From the NCBI GenBank assembly GCA_043770095.1, contig JAYVIR010000026.1:44678-108677 (forward strand): 64,000 nucleotides of DNA, written 5' to 3'. The notes under the pieces were generated by a model, which was not told the origin of the DNA, searched no databases, and worked only from the letters and a program-made list of their open reading frames with translations. This DNA comes from Eubacteriales bacterium. Its GTDB lineage: Bacteria > Bacillota > Clostridia > Peptostreptococcales > Acidaminobacteraceae. This document shows, piece after piece, positions 17,901-27,210 of this stretch (position 1 is the stretch's first letter; each line of letters starts with the position of its first letter). Both the position numbers and the translations under genes were made by a program.

Positions 17901-18713
17901 GATTTAAGAAAACTTTCGGTAAATGTTCTAACAGGCGCAAAGCCAAAAGTCTTCATTCCAGCTTTTCCAGGCACCAACTGCGAAATGGACACGATGAGAG
18001 CCTTCGAACTTGCGGGCGCCGAGGCACACGTTGAAGTCTTTAGAAACAAGACGGCTTCAGACGTTTCATACAGCATCGAAAGTTATATAAAAGCGGTTAG
18101 ATCTTCCCAAATGATCGCACTTCCAGGTGGTTTCAGCGCAGGCGACGAACCGGATGGTTCAGGCAAATTCATCTGCAGCGTTCTTAGAAATCCAGAACTT
18201 GCTGAGGAAGTCATGAAGCTTCTTAGAGAAAGAGACGGCCTAATGATCGGTATTTGCAACGGCTTCCAAGCACTTGTAAAACTTGGTTTGGTCACTTACG
18301 GCGAAATCCGAACGTTAGAAGACGATGCGCCTACGCTCACCTACAATACTTGTGGCAAGCACATCTCTAAAATTGTCAGCATCTCAAGCGTTAAAAACGA
18401 TTCTCCTTGGCTTAAAAATGCGGAAGTCGGTGCTGAGTATCAAGTGGCGATGTCTCACGGCGAAGGCAGATTCTTCTGTAATGAGACATGGTATGAGCAG
18501 TTAAAGGCGAACGGCCAACTCGCAACACACTATGCGCCGGGGAGTAACTTAAATGGCTCAATGTTCGACATTGAAGGCATTACAAGCCCTGACGGCAGAA
18601 TATTCGGTAAAATGGGCCATGCAGAGCGCATTGGTCATAATACCTACAAGAATATTCCAGGTCGCTATGATATGGGCATTTTTAAAGCTGGAGTTGCCTA
18701 TTTTAAACGATAG
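14901..18713 (+). CDS. purL: Phosphoribosylformylglycinamidine synthase, single-chain large form
   Basis: 1270 aa. The FGAM synthetase domain is followed by a C-terminal glutamine amidotransferase domain (GICNGFQAL). Confidence 0.95.
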   Translation: MVKRILVTKRPELDVEGTSLYKQIREFLQIDSIEKVTVYNGYDVEGLNDLEIDKAIECVFSEPNADFVSEQITLEAGEQVVFFKLLPGQYDQRADSAKQCIAILGLGQNVGLQCFRAVVLKGNPTPEALNSIKKFLINPVEALEIPAQAPLSTAVILPVPSDIHRYDGFNQMDEAALEAFIKGEGLAMNAEDLKMVQAYFQSEKREPSNTEIKVLDTYWSDHCRHTTFTTEITEVTYGETGETSAYSALLAKAEKEYHDMRQLVYGERAKTRPVTLMDLATINAKYLKKQGKLSDVLESEEINAATFETEVTFEDGSKAPYWILFKNETHNHPTEIEPFGGAATCLGGAIRDPLSGRALVYQGMRITGAADPRASLEETLAGKLPQRVITRGAAKGFSSYGNQIGLATGLVREYYHDGFLAKRMEVGAVVGAVPKDQVRRESPVSGDVILLIGGKTGIDGCGGATGSSKEHDEASLATCASEVQRGNAPEERKLQRLYSRADFAALVKKSNDFGAGGVSVAVGELADSLIINLDAVRSKYEGLDGTQLAISESQERMAVVVSPKDAAAVIALSASENLEAYQVAEVTDSGYLTMTWKGDTILHLKRAFVETNGAKREQSVVVKTETPDVDAALKNTLKEKKSLKAVVDNLAQSLNFCSQEGLVEMFDNSVGALSVHMPFGGRRQKTPTQAMVSRIPAYEVHGKNVTTATVMAAGYDPEVLSADPFSGGAKCTVEALAKVIAVGGELGKVKFSMQEYFEKLADDPKKWGNPYKALLGSAYALKGLELCAIGGKDSMSGTFKEKTVPPTLIAFAATVAESEHVVSPEFKAENEALYLIDVDKDAFGIPNFENLKTVYALYGKLIAADVIGSAMALEQGGLLGALIKMSFGNQIGVQMAPGFALMTNEWLQARYGALVFTIKTETSISPEAQALVSETLGLLIDMGLANKFGKTIATWSLETGKESIALGDVEKIWEAPLSEIFPRVKDATGEALVSGLVGTYDLRKLSVNVLTGAKPKVFIPAFPGTNCEMDTMRAFELAGAEAHVEVFRNKTASDVSYSIESYIKAVRSSQMIALPGGFSAGDEPDGSGKFICSVLRNPELAEEVMKLLRERDGLMIGICNGFQALVKLGLVTYGEIRTLEDDAPTLTYNTCGKHISKIVSISSVKNDSPWLKNAEVGAEYQVAMSHGEGRFFCNETWYEQLKANGQLATHYAPGSNLNGSMFDIEGITSPDGRIFGKMGHAERIGHNTYKNIPGRYDMGIFKAGVAYFKR

Positions 18714-18869
18714 AATATTCATTGAACAAATTTTAAGAAAATGACATTAAATATTCTTTTAAAAGTAGTTGAAGGTTTGCTTAAGAATTGGTAAGATAAG
18801 AGCAAGAGAAAAACACGAAGTATCATACGAGTTAAAAACATAAATGTTCGTACTATTAGGAGGGACTTC

Positions 18870-19355
18870 ATGAAAGTTGCTATATTGATGGGAAGCCATT
18901 CAGATCTTGAAATCGTTTCAAAAACAGAAGCAATCTTAACGCAGTTTGGCATTGCAGTGGAAATGCACATTTTATCTGCTCACAGAACACCAGAAGAAGT
19001 TAAGGCATTCGTTAGCCGTGCAGAAGAGAATGGTTTTGAAGTGGTCATTGGGGCGGCAGGCAAAGCAGCACATTTGCCGGGTGTCATCGCATCGTATACG
19101 ACGCTTCCTGTTATTGGATTGCCGCTTAAAGGTGGCATTATGGACGGACTCGACGCTCTTCTTGCGGTCGTGCAAATGCCTGCTGGCATTCCAGTTGCGA
19201 CAGTGGCAGTCAATGGGGCTGAAAATGCAGGATTATTGGCAGTTCATATTCTCAGCATCAAATATCCTGAAATCAATCAAAAGTTAAAAGCTTATAGAGA
19301 GCAAATGAGAACAGACGTGCTTGATAAAGATCATACTTATGGGAGGGTTTTATAA
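18870..19355 (+). CDS. purE: N5-carboxyaminoimidazole ribonucleotide mutase / AIR carboxylase catalytic subunit
   Basis: 161 aa. The SAHRTP motif and typical PurE sequence. Confidence 0.9.
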   Translation: MKVAILMGSHSDLEIVSKTEAILTQFGIAVEMHILSAHRTPEEVKAFVSRAEENGFEVVIGAAGKAAHLPGVIASYTTLPVIGLPLKGGIMDGLDALLAVVQMPAGIPVATVAVNGAENAGLLAVHILSIKYPEINQKLKAYREQMRTDVLDKDHTYGRVL

Positions 19356-20071
19356 TGAATAAAGTGACCATGCTCTACGAAGGAAAAGCGAAACGCGTTT
19401 ATACTACAGAGGATCAAGACCTTTACATTATGGAATTCAAAGACGATGCAACTGCTTTTAACGGCGAAAAAAAAGGCACGATTGACAATAAAGGCGTTAT
19501 GAACAATGCCATCAGCGAAAGCCTTTACAAAATTCTCATGGAAAATGGCATTCCAACTCACTTTGTTGAGAAACTTAACGACAGAGATACGTTGGTAAAA
19601 GCGGTTAAAATCATTCCAATCGAAGTGCTTGTCAGAAACGTGGCGGCAGGATCGCTTACAAACCGTCTTGGCATCGCTGAAGGGACTGAACTTCCAATGA
19701 CTGTCCTTGAATTCTGTTTCAAGAATGACGAACTCGGCGATCCGCAAATCAACGAGTATCACATCGAAGCGATGGAACTTGCAACGAAAGCACAAGTAGA
19801 AACCATTAAAATAGATGCGCTTAGAATCAATGAAATCTTAAAGAAAATCTTCATCGAAAAAGGCATTCGCTTAATCGATTTCAAATTGGAATTTGGCGTT
19901 CATAAAGGGGAAGTGATTCTTGCAGACGAAATTTCGCCTGACACTTGCCGTCTTTGGGACCTTGCGACAAACGAAAAACTCGACAAAGACCGTTTCAGAA
20001 GAAACCTTGGCAACATTGAAGAGGCTTACAAAGAAATTTTGAGCCGTTTAGGCGGAGGCGCTAATGAATAA
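19355..20071 (+). CDS. purC: SAICAR synthetase
   Basis: 238 aa. LYEGKAKRVY... is the canonical PurC N-terminus. Confidence 0.95.
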   Translation: MNKVTMLYEGKAKRVYTTEDQDLYIMEFKDDATAFNGEKKGTIDNKGVMNNAISESLYKILMENGIPTHFVEKLNDRDTLVKAVKIIPIEVLVRNVAAGSLTNRLGIAEGTELPMTVLEFCFKNDELGDPQINEYHIEAMELATKAQVETIKIDALRINEILKKIFIEKGIRLIDFKLEFGVHKGEVILADEISPDTCRLWDLATNEKLDKDRFRRNLGNIEEAYKEILSRLGGGANE

Positions 20072-21509
20072 TATGCGCAAAATGGGCTTTGACCCATTTG
20101 AAGGCGGACTCGAAGACGATAAATTAAAAGAAGAATGCGGCGTCATCGGACTTTACATCAATGACCCTGAGCGCATTGCCTACATGGCTTGTTATGGGCT
20201 CATTGCGTTACAGCACAGAGGTCAAGAAAGTGCCGGCATTGCGGTTAAAAATGAACATGGCGTGAAATATTATAAAGACATGGGTTTGGTTCAAGAAGTC
20301 TTTAACGACGAAAAACTCAATCAATTAAAAGGCAATATGGCAATTGGCCATGTCAGATACTCGACGACGGGTGACTCACATGTGTCAAATGCTCAGCCGT
20401 TGGTGGTTCAATACAGAGGCGGCGCCATTGCGCTTGCTCATAACGGAAATCTTGTCAATGCCAATGTCATTCGCGACGAACTTGAAGATGGCGGCGCCAT
20501 TTTCCAAACATCCATTGACAGTGAAGCCATTGCGGCGCTTATTGCTAAGAACTATAAAGATGGCCTTGAACTCAGTTTGATCCGTTCGCTCAAGAAACTC
20601 AAAGGCTCTTTTGCCCTTGTTATTCTCAGCGAAGACAAACTCATCGGCGTGAGAGATGCTTACGGCCTTAGACCTTTATGTCTTGGAAGATTGGATGGCG
20701 GCTATGTGCTTGCATCTGAAACTTGTGCGCTCGACGTACTTGGCGCAACTTTTGAAAGAGACATTGAGCCAGGTGAAATCGTCATCATAGATGAAACGGG
20801 CGTCAATTCTTTAAAATTTACAGAACCTCAGCGCAAAGCCGTTTGTAGCTTTGAATACGTTTACTTTGCTAGACCAGATTCGAATATTGACGGCGTCAAT
20901 GTTTACCTGACTCGCAAAAATGCAGGTCGGATTTTGGCTCAGGAACACCCTGCCGAGGCGGATATGGTCATGGCTGTACCGGATTCAGGCATCGCCGGTG
21001 CGATTGGATTCTCTGAAGAGAGCGGCATTCCAATGGGTATTGGTCTGATCAAGAACAAATATATGGGCAGAACATTCATTCAACCCGATCAAAAACTTCG
21101 CGAATTGTCAGTGGGTCTCAAACTCAACGTGCTTAAAGAAAACGTGGTTGGCAAGCGCGTGGTACTCGTGGACGACTCAATTGTTCGCGGCACGACGAGC
21201 AAGAAAATCGTTGAAATGCTTCTAAAAGCAGGCGCCAAGGAAGTGCACATGCGGATCACTTCACCGCCAGTATGCCATTCTTGTTACTTTGGCATCGATA
21301 CTGGAACGCAGTCGCAGCTCATTGGCTCTGTGTTGTCGGTTGAAGAAATCAACCAAAGCATTGGCTCAAACAGTTTAGGCTACATTTCCAACAAGGGCCT
21401 TGTTGAGAGCATCGGCTGTTCAAAGAATCAACTTTGCACCGCCTGTTTCGATGGTGATTATCCGATGGATGTCCCAAAATCCGCTAATAAATTCTTATTT
21501 GAAAAATAA
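20064..21509 (+). CDS. purF: Amidophosphoribosyltransferase (with propeptide and Fe-S cysteines)
   Basis: CGVIGL N-terminal nucleophile after a short propeptide. PRTase motif VVLVDDSIVRGTT. C-terminal Cys cluster. Confidence 0.95.
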   Translation: MNNMRKMGFDPFEGGLEDDKLKEECGVIGLYINDPERIAYMACYGLIALQHRGQESAGIAVKNEHGVKYYKDMGLVQEVFNDEKLNQLKGNMAIGHVRYSTTGDSHVSNAQPLVVQYRGGAIALAHNGNLVNANVIRDELEDGGAIFQTSIDSEAIAALIAKNYKDGLELSLIRSLKKLKGSFALVILSEDKLIGVRDAYGLRPLCLGRLDGGYVLASETCALDVLGATFERDIEPGEIVIIDETGVNSLKFTEPQRKAVCSFEYVYFARPDSNIDGVNVYLTRKNAGRILAQEHPAEADMVMAVPDSGIAGAIGFSEESGIPMGIGLIKNKYMGRTFIQPDQKLRELSVGLKLNVLKENVVGKRVVLVDDSIVRGTTSKKIVEMLLKAGAKEVHMRITSPPVCHSCYFGIDTGTQSQLIGSVLSVEEINQSIGSNSLGYISNKGLVESIGCSKNQLCTACFDGDYPMDVPKSANKFLFEK

Positions 21510-21576
21510 TATTAATGAAACGAAATTCATATAAACGGGAACGAACCAATTCCCCCACAGGTCAGGGAGGGTACTT

Positions 21577-22644
21577 ATGAGCCATAGCAGAGAAGCTTAC
21601 AAACAGAGCGGTGTCAACGTAGAAGAAGGTTATAAAGCCGTTGAGATGATGAAGCACTTCGTCAATAGAACGCATAATGACAAAGTCATCGGCGGCCTTG
21701 GCAACTTTTCGGGCATGATGCGTCTTGGTCAATATAAAGACCCAGTGCTTTGCTCTGGAACAGACGGCGTCGGCACAAAACTCAAAGTGGCGTTTCTCAT
21801 GGACAGACACGATACTGTAGGCATTGATCTTGTCGCTATGTGCGTCAACGACATTCTCTGCCAAGGCGCAGAACCACTTTTCTTCCTCGACTACATTGCA
21901 ACCGGAAGACTTGAAGCTGAAAAAGCGGCAATGCTCGTGAAGGGCGTTTCGGAAGGTTGCTTGGAATCTGGAATGGCACTTCTTGGCGGCGAAACGGCTG
22001 AAATGCCTGGTTTCTACCCAGAAGGCGAATATGACATGGCTGGTTTTGCAGTCGGCGTTGTGGAAAAAGAAGACCTCATTGACGGCCTTAAAATCAGCGT
22101 AGGCGATGTCGTGATTGGCCTCCCATCGACTGGTTTCCATTCAAACGGCTATTCGCTTGTTAGAAAAACACTCATCGAGAGCGGCAGCGATTCTTCAACG
22201 GAAGGCACTAAGAGCGAATCTGAAGAGGAAGATCGTCTCAATGCGTTTGTTCCAGAACTGGGAGAAACACTTGGAGAAGCGCTCCTTAGATCGACTAAAA
22301 TATATGTTAAAGAAGTAGCGGCACTTAAAACGAAAGTGGAACTGCTTGGTATGTGTCACATCACAGGCGGCGGCTTCTACGAAAACGTGCCAAGAATGCT
22401 TAAAAATGGCATGGGCGTGACCTTCGACGACAGCAAATGGGAAGTTCCGGCTGTGGTTAAATACCTTCAAGACAAAGCAGGTCTTTCAAAAGAAGAAATG
22501 TATGGCACGTTTAACATGGGTATTGGTTTCATGATCGTGGTTAAACCCGAACAAGCAGCATTAGCCCTTTCTACACTACATGAACAGGGCTTTAAAGGCC
22601 AAGTAATTGGCGCTATAAACGGTGACGGGCAGGTTACGGTATGA
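21577..22644 (+). CDS. purM: Phosphoribosylformylglycinamidine cyclo-ligase (AIR synthetase)
   Basis: 355 aa. Canonical PurM sequence (GVNVEEGYKAV..., DYIATG). Confidence 0.95.
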   Translation: MSHSREAYKQSGVNVEEGYKAVEMMKHFVNRTHNDKVIGGLGNFSGMMRLGQYKDPVLCSGTDGVGTKLKVAFLMDRHDTVGIDLVAMCVNDILCQGAEPLFFLDYIATGRLEAEKAAMLVKGVSEGCLESGMALLGGETAEMPGFYPEGEYDMAGFAVGVVEKEDLIDGLKISVGDVVIGLPSTGFHSNGYSLVRKTLIESGSDSSTEGTKSESEEEDRLNAFVPELGETLGEALLRSTKIYVKEVAALKTKVELLGMCHITGGGFYENVPRMLKNGMGVTFDDSKWEVPAVVKYLQDKAGLSKEEMYGTFNMGIGFMIVVKPEQAALALSTLHEQGFKGQVIGAINGDGQVTV

Positions 22645-23261
22645 TGTCTTTAGACAAAAGTTCTGGCAGAAAAAATCTGGCGGTATTTGTCTCAGGCAGC
22701 GGTACCAACTTGCAAGCCATTATGGATGCATGTGACAGTGGCGAGCTTTTCGCCACTGTTTCCCTAGTTGTGGCGGACAATGACAGCTGTTTTGCTCTAA
22801 AACGAGCAGAATCGGCGGGCACTCAGACATTTATTCAAGACAAAAAACAGATGCGACTATTAGACGCAGAGGGCAAAAAAGAGGCACATCAGGCGCTTTT
22901 ACAAGCGCTAAAGAGCCACCAAATTGACTTGGTAGTACTCGCAGGGTATTTGAGTCTGATTGACCAAAGCCTTGTAACGGCGTATCCCAAAGGCATCATC
23001 AATCTGCACCCAGCCCTCATTCCGCTTTACTGCGGTAAAGGCTATTACGGCGACAAAGTTCATAGAGAAGTGCTTGCAAACGGCGAAACAGAGAGTGGCA
23101 TTACCATTCATTTTGTCGATGGCGGCTTTGATACAGGCGAGATCATTTTACAAAAGAAAGTGCCTGTTTATAAGGATGACACGGTGGAAACCTTATCCGC
23201 GCGGATTCACGCCCTTGAGCATGAAGAATTAAAACAGGTGATTAAGAAGTTGCTTCTATAG
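22641..23261 (+). CDS. purN: Phosphoribosylglycinamide formyltransferase
   Basis: 206 aa. GSGTNLQAI and INLHPALIP motifs. Overlaps the purM stop. Confidence 0.9.
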   Translation: MMSLDKSSGRKNLAVFVSGSGTNLQAIMDACDSGELFATVSLVVADNDSCFALKRAESAGTQTFIQDKKQMRLLDAEGKKEAHQALLQALKSHQIDLVVLAGYLSLIDQSLVTAYPKGIINLHPALIPLYCGKGYYGDKVHREVLANGETESGITIHFVDGGFDTGEIILQKKVPVYKDDTVETLSARIHALEHEELKQVIKKLLL

Positions 23262-23320
23262 TTAGGAAGATTAATAAATTAGACAATCGGTTGAAATTTA
23301 TATAAATTGGAGAGTGGATC

Positions 23321-24850
23321 ATGAAGAGCGCATTGATCAGTGTAAGCGATAAAACGGGCATTGTCGATTTAGGCAAACGCCTCACAGCCTTAGGTTGGAG
23401 AATTCTTTCGACAGGTGGCACTTCTAAGACGTTAAACGATAGCGGCATTAAAACCACAGATGTTTCTGATATCACAGGTTTTCCAGAATGTATGGATGGA
23501 AGGGTTAAAACCTTGCACCCGAAGGTTCATGGCGGTTTACTCGCAAGAAGAAGCCTCGAAAAGCACATGCAGCAAGCGGAGAGCCTTGGCATTGAAATGA
23601 TCGATATGGTCGTGGTCAATTTATATCCGTTTAAAGAAACCCTTCAAAAAGCTGGCTCAACGCATGAAGATATTATTGAAAACATTGATATAGGCGGTCC
23701 AAGCATGCTTCGCTCTGCGGCAAAGAATTATCAAGACGTGGTGGTGCTCTGTGATCCAAACGATTACGAAGCCGTTCTTGAAAAAATGGAAGCAGGCGAA
23801 AAGTTTGAAGAGTCTGAACGTGCATTGTTCGCGCTTAAAGTCTTTGAACACACCTCTCACTACGACACCCTCATCGCTGCCTACCTTCAAAAACACACAG
23901 GAAGAGTTGAGCCGGGCAAAACAGTGACCTTGACGTATGAGCTCGCTCAAAGCTTACGTTACGGCGAAAATCCACACCAAAAAGCATGGTTTTTAAAAGA
24001 CGCTTTGGTGACAGATGAGGCGATGTCTTCGTTTAAACAGCTTCACGGCAAAGAACTTTCCTTCAATAATTTAAACGATCTGTCTTCTGCCATTCAAATG
24101 GTCAGAGAATTTAAAGAACCTGCGGCCATTGCCGTTAAACATACAAACCCTTGCGGCGCAGCTGTTGGACATGATATTGCTACTGCTTATCAGTTGGCGC
24201 ACGATGCAGACCCAACGTCTATCTTTGGAGGCATTATTGCCCTCAACAGACAAGTCGACCGAGAAACAGCGGAGAAAATGAGCAAAATATTCCTTGAAAT
24301 CATTGCCGCTCCAAGTTACACAGAAGAGGCGCTTGAAGTCCTCACCAAAAAGAAAAACCTCAGACTCCTTGAGATTCCAACGGACAAGCCGTTTGAAGAT
24401 TCATTGGATATGAAGAAAATAGAAGGCGGCCTCTTGATCCAAGAAGCCGATCACAGCACAGAAGTGCCTTACAGAGTCGTTACAGAACGCATTCCGACTG
24501 ACTCGGAAATCGCAGACCTTCTCTTCGGTTGGAAAATTGTGAAACACGTCAAATCTAATGCGATTGTGCTTTCAAAAAATGACGTGACCGTTTCCGTCAG
24601 CCCAGGCCAAACAAGCCGAATCCTTGCAACAGAAAACGCCATCAGACAAGCTGGCGAAAACGTAAAAGGGACTGTATTAGCATCAGACGCCTTCTTCCCA
24701 TTCGCAGACGTCATCGACGCAGCCTCAGCAGCAGGCATTTCAGCCATCGTCCAACCAGGCGGCTCAGTAAACGACCCCGAAGTCATCGCCGCAGCGAATA
24801 AACACGGGATAGCGATGATCTTTACGGATAGACGGCATTTCAAGCATTAA
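23321..24850 (+). CDS. purH: Bifunctional AICAR transformylase / IMP cyclohydrolase
   Basis: 509 aa. MGS-like N-terminal domain (ALISVSDKTG) plus the AICARFT domain. Confidence 0.95.
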   Translation: MKSALISVSDKTGIVDLGKRLTALGWRILSTGGTSKTLNDSGIKTTDVSDITGFPECMDGRVKTLHPKVHGGLLARRSLEKHMQQAESLGIEMIDMVVVNLYPFKETLQKAGSTHEDIIENIDIGGPSMLRSAAKNYQDVVVLCDPNDYEAVLEKMEAGEKFEESERALFALKVFEHTSHYDTLIAAYLQKHTGRVEPGKTVTLTYELAQSLRYGENPHQKAWFLKDALVTDEAMSSFKQLHGKELSFNNLNDLSSAIQMVREFKEPAAIAVKHTNPCGAAVGHDIATAYQLAHDADPTSIFGGIIALNRQVDRETAEKMSKIFLEIIAAPSYTEEALEVLTKKKNLRLLEIPTDKPFEDSLDMKKIEGGLLIQEADHSTEVPYRVVTERIPTDSEIADLLFGWKIVKHVKSNAIVLSKNDVTVSVSPGQTSRILATENAIRQAGENVKGTVLASDAFFPFADVIDAASAAGISAIVQPGGSVNDPEVIAAANKHGIAMIFTDRRHFKH

Positions 24851-24854
24851 GAGA

Positions 24855-24898
24855 ATTCGCGAAGCGAATACTCGCGGCAGGACATTCGCAAAGCGAAT
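24855..24898. repeat. Two copies of a 15-bp palindrome ATTCGC-nAA-GCGAAT in the purH-purD intergenic spacer
   Basis: attcgcgaagcgaat (24855-24869) and attcgcaaagcgaat (24884-24898). Each arm pair is exactly reverse-complementary. Confidence 0.6.
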
Positions 24899-24941
24899 TA
24901 CCGAGAGCAGGAGCGTTTAAGTTGAAAGGATGTGTCCATAA

Positions 24942-26201
24942 ATGAAGGTTTTAATCATTGGTAACGGCGCGAGGGAGCATGCCATCGCTTGGAAGCTTCG
25001 CATGAGTCCCTTGGTAGAAGAACTTTATATTGCACCGGGTAATTATGGCACGGAGAAAATTGGTAAAAACGTCAACATCGACGTGGAAGACCTAGAAGGG
25101 CTTAAGGCGTTTGCCATTTCACAGAGGATTGACCTGACGGTTGTCGGGCCCGAAATGCCACTTGTACTCGGCATCGTAGACCTTTTTAGAGCGGCGGGAC
25201 TTAAAATTATTGGGCCTGACAAACGCGGCGCCCAGCTTGAAGGCAGCAAAGACTATGCCAAAGAATTTATGGTCAGACATAACATTCCGACGGCGGCCTA
25301 TGCGACTTACATCGATTACGATAGCTCGGTTAGCGGACTTGAAGCTTTTAAATACCCAATGGTTATCAAGGCGGACGGATTGGCGGCAGGAAAAGGCGTG
25401 ATCATTGCACTTACCAAAGAAGAGGCGCTTGACGCGCTGAAACTTATTTTTATAGATCAGAAATTTGGCAGTTCGGGCAACAAAGTTGTGCTGGAGGAAT
25501 TCCTTGAAGGCGTTGAAGTGTCGGTACTTTGCCTCGTAGACGGCGAGACGATTCTTCCGCTTGAAACGGCGCAGGACTACAAACGCGCATTCAATGACGA
25601 TGAAGGCCCGAATACAGGCGGCATGGGCACGTATTCACCGAGCCGCTATTTGGTAGGCGACCTGTATCAAGAGGCGCTCGACTTGGTGGTTCAGCCAACC
25701 CTAAAAGGCATTCAAGCCGATGGTTACGACTTTAGAGGCATTGTCTTTATTGGCATCATGATGACCAGTGACGGCCCTAAAGTACTCGAATACAACTGTC
25801 GTTTCGGCGATCCAGAAACCCAGTCCATACTGGCAAGACTGGAAAGTGATTTGATGGAAGTCTTTGTGAAATTGTCACGAAAAGAATTGTCAAAAGTGTC
25901 GCTCAAGTGGTCAAGTCAAGTGGCGGTGTCCGTGGTACTCGCTTCTGGCGGTTACCCCGACGACTATGCATCGGGCGTTGAAGTGAAGTCGCCAGAGCGT
26001 TTCTCTGGTCTAACCGATGCAGGGATTCTATTTGCAGCAGGCCTTAAGACCCATACCAATGGCCCCGTGACTGCTGGTGGCAGGGTTATGACCGCAACCG
26101 CTCTTGGAGAAACCTTCGAAGTGGCTAGGGCGAAGGCTTACAACTTAGCGAAATTGGTCAGTTTTGATGGCATGTTTTATAGGACGGATATTGGAAAGTA
26201 A
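24942..26201 (+). CDS. purD: Phosphoribosylamine-glycine ligase (GAR synthetase)
   Basis: 419 aa. The ATP-grasp fold and canonical PurD N-terminus MKVLIIGNGAREHA. Confidence 0.95.
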   Translation: MKVLIIGNGAREHAIAWKLRMSPLVEELYIAPGNYGTEKIGKNVNIDVEDLEGLKAFAISQRIDLTVVGPEMPLVLGIVDLFRAAGLKIIGPDKRGAQLEGSKDYAKEFMVRHNIPTAAYATYIDYDSSVSGLEAFKYPMVIKADGLAAGKGVIIALTKEEALDALKLIFIDQKFGSSGNKVVLEEFLEGVEVSVLCLVDGETILPLETAQDYKRAFNDDEGPNTGGMGTYSPSRYLVGDLYQEALDLVVQPTLKGIQADGYDFRGIVFIGIMMTSDGPKVLEYNCRFGDPETQSILARLESDLMEVFVKLSRKELSKVSLKWSSQVAVSVVLASGGYPDDYASGVEVKSPERFSGLTDAGILFAAGLKTHTNGPVTAGGRVMTATALGETFEVARAKAYNLAKLVSFDGMFYRTDIGK

Positions 26202-26212
26202 ATGGATTTAGA

Positions 26213-26264
26213 ATAAAAAAATAACGCCTCTAAGTGGTAAAAAACTTAGAGGCGTTATTTTTTA
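26213..26264. terminator. Bidirectional Rho-independent terminator between purD and the convergent flavodoxin gene
   Basis: aaataacgcctctaag ... cttagaggcgttattt, flanked by an A-run and a T-run. Confidence 0.85.
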
Positions 26265-26304
26265 TGTGAAAAATTCATAATTCGATTCATAACCAAAACA
26301 AGCA

Positions 26305-27153
26305 CTACTCTTTCTTCAAAGTACTTCTAAAATGAGGTTCGACATATGCCTTGCGTTTGCTGCCATGCCCAATGAATTCGAGCTGCTCAATGGAGCGAGT
26401 TGGACAGAGGTTCATGCAGCGTAGACATTGTTCGCAGTTCTTGTGCCATTTAGGACGATCATTTACCATGGTTAGCGCTTTAGTGGGGCAATGATTTGCG
26501 CAGTAACCGCAACCAGTGCAGCTTTTCGTCACTTTAAAATGCTTCCAAAGGCGCTTGATTCCTAAGTCCCAAAAACCGATATGAACCAGTTTAGAGCCGA
26601 TTTTGCCATAATTATTGAAGTTGACGGGCTTTTCATATTTTAAGCCACCAATGAGGGCAGTGGTCTTTTCAGCAACAAAAGCTTCACCTCTTAGGCGAAT
26701 CTGCTCAGCGACATCGCCTTGCGGCGCATCCATCATAGGAATCCAATTATTTGGCATCATGACAACATCGCCATAAACCACGTCATAGCCTTTGTTTCTA
26801 AGGGCTTCACAGGTGCTGAAAACACCCCAGCCGACGTCGTCCCAATCACCGCCATTGATAAAGACAAAGGCCTTCTGTCCGCGGACAGCCTCAGGGAGTT
26901 TTCTTAGAAAAGCTTTCATAAGCCTTGGAATATCGAGTGCGTAAACGGGTGCTAAAATGCCGATCCAATCGGCAGAAATTGTTTTTAGGGCAGTCACTTC
27001 TAAATCACTCATTGCAGGGATGGGTTCAAAATCGGTTAAAATGCCTAGATTTTCTAGAGTTTCTTTCACGAGAGTCGTTAGCCTAAGCGTATTTCCAGTG
27101 CCTGTGAAGTAATAAAGCTTGGCGCTTTGTGAGTTTGAATTGCTGCTCGTCAT
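26305..27153 (-). CDS. Flavodoxin-like domain fused to a 2x[4Fe-4S] ferredoxin domain protein
   Basis: N-terminal flavodoxin fold (YYFTGTGNT). C-terminal CTGCGYCANHCP and CEQCLRCMNLCP ferredoxin motifs. Confidence 0.7.
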   Translation of the reverse strand: MTSSNSNSQSAKLYYFTGTGNTLRLTTLVKETLENLGILTDFEPIPAMSDLEVTALKTISADWIGILAPVYALDIPRLMKAFLRKLPEAVRGQKAFVFINGGDWDDVGWGVFSTCEALRNKGYDVVYGDVVMMPNNWIPMMDAPQGDVAEQIRLRGEAFVAEKTTALIGGLKYEKPVNFNNYGKIGSKLVHIGFWDLGIKRLWKHFKVTKSCTGCGYCANHCPTKALTMVNDRPKWHKNCEQCLRCMNLCPTRSIEQLEFIGHGSKRKAYVEPHFRSTLKKE

Positions 27154-27210
27154 GGATGTGCCTCCTTGTTTGGATACACTTTTAGTATACTATATTTTGC
27201 TCAGGACGGT

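Noticed and set aside
18714-18869. Purine (guanine/adenine) riboswitch expected upstream of purE.
   Set aside because: No P1/J2-3/L3 conserved motifs (for example CCGUAAAU, GGAUAUGG). The region is AT-rich without the three-way-junction pattern.
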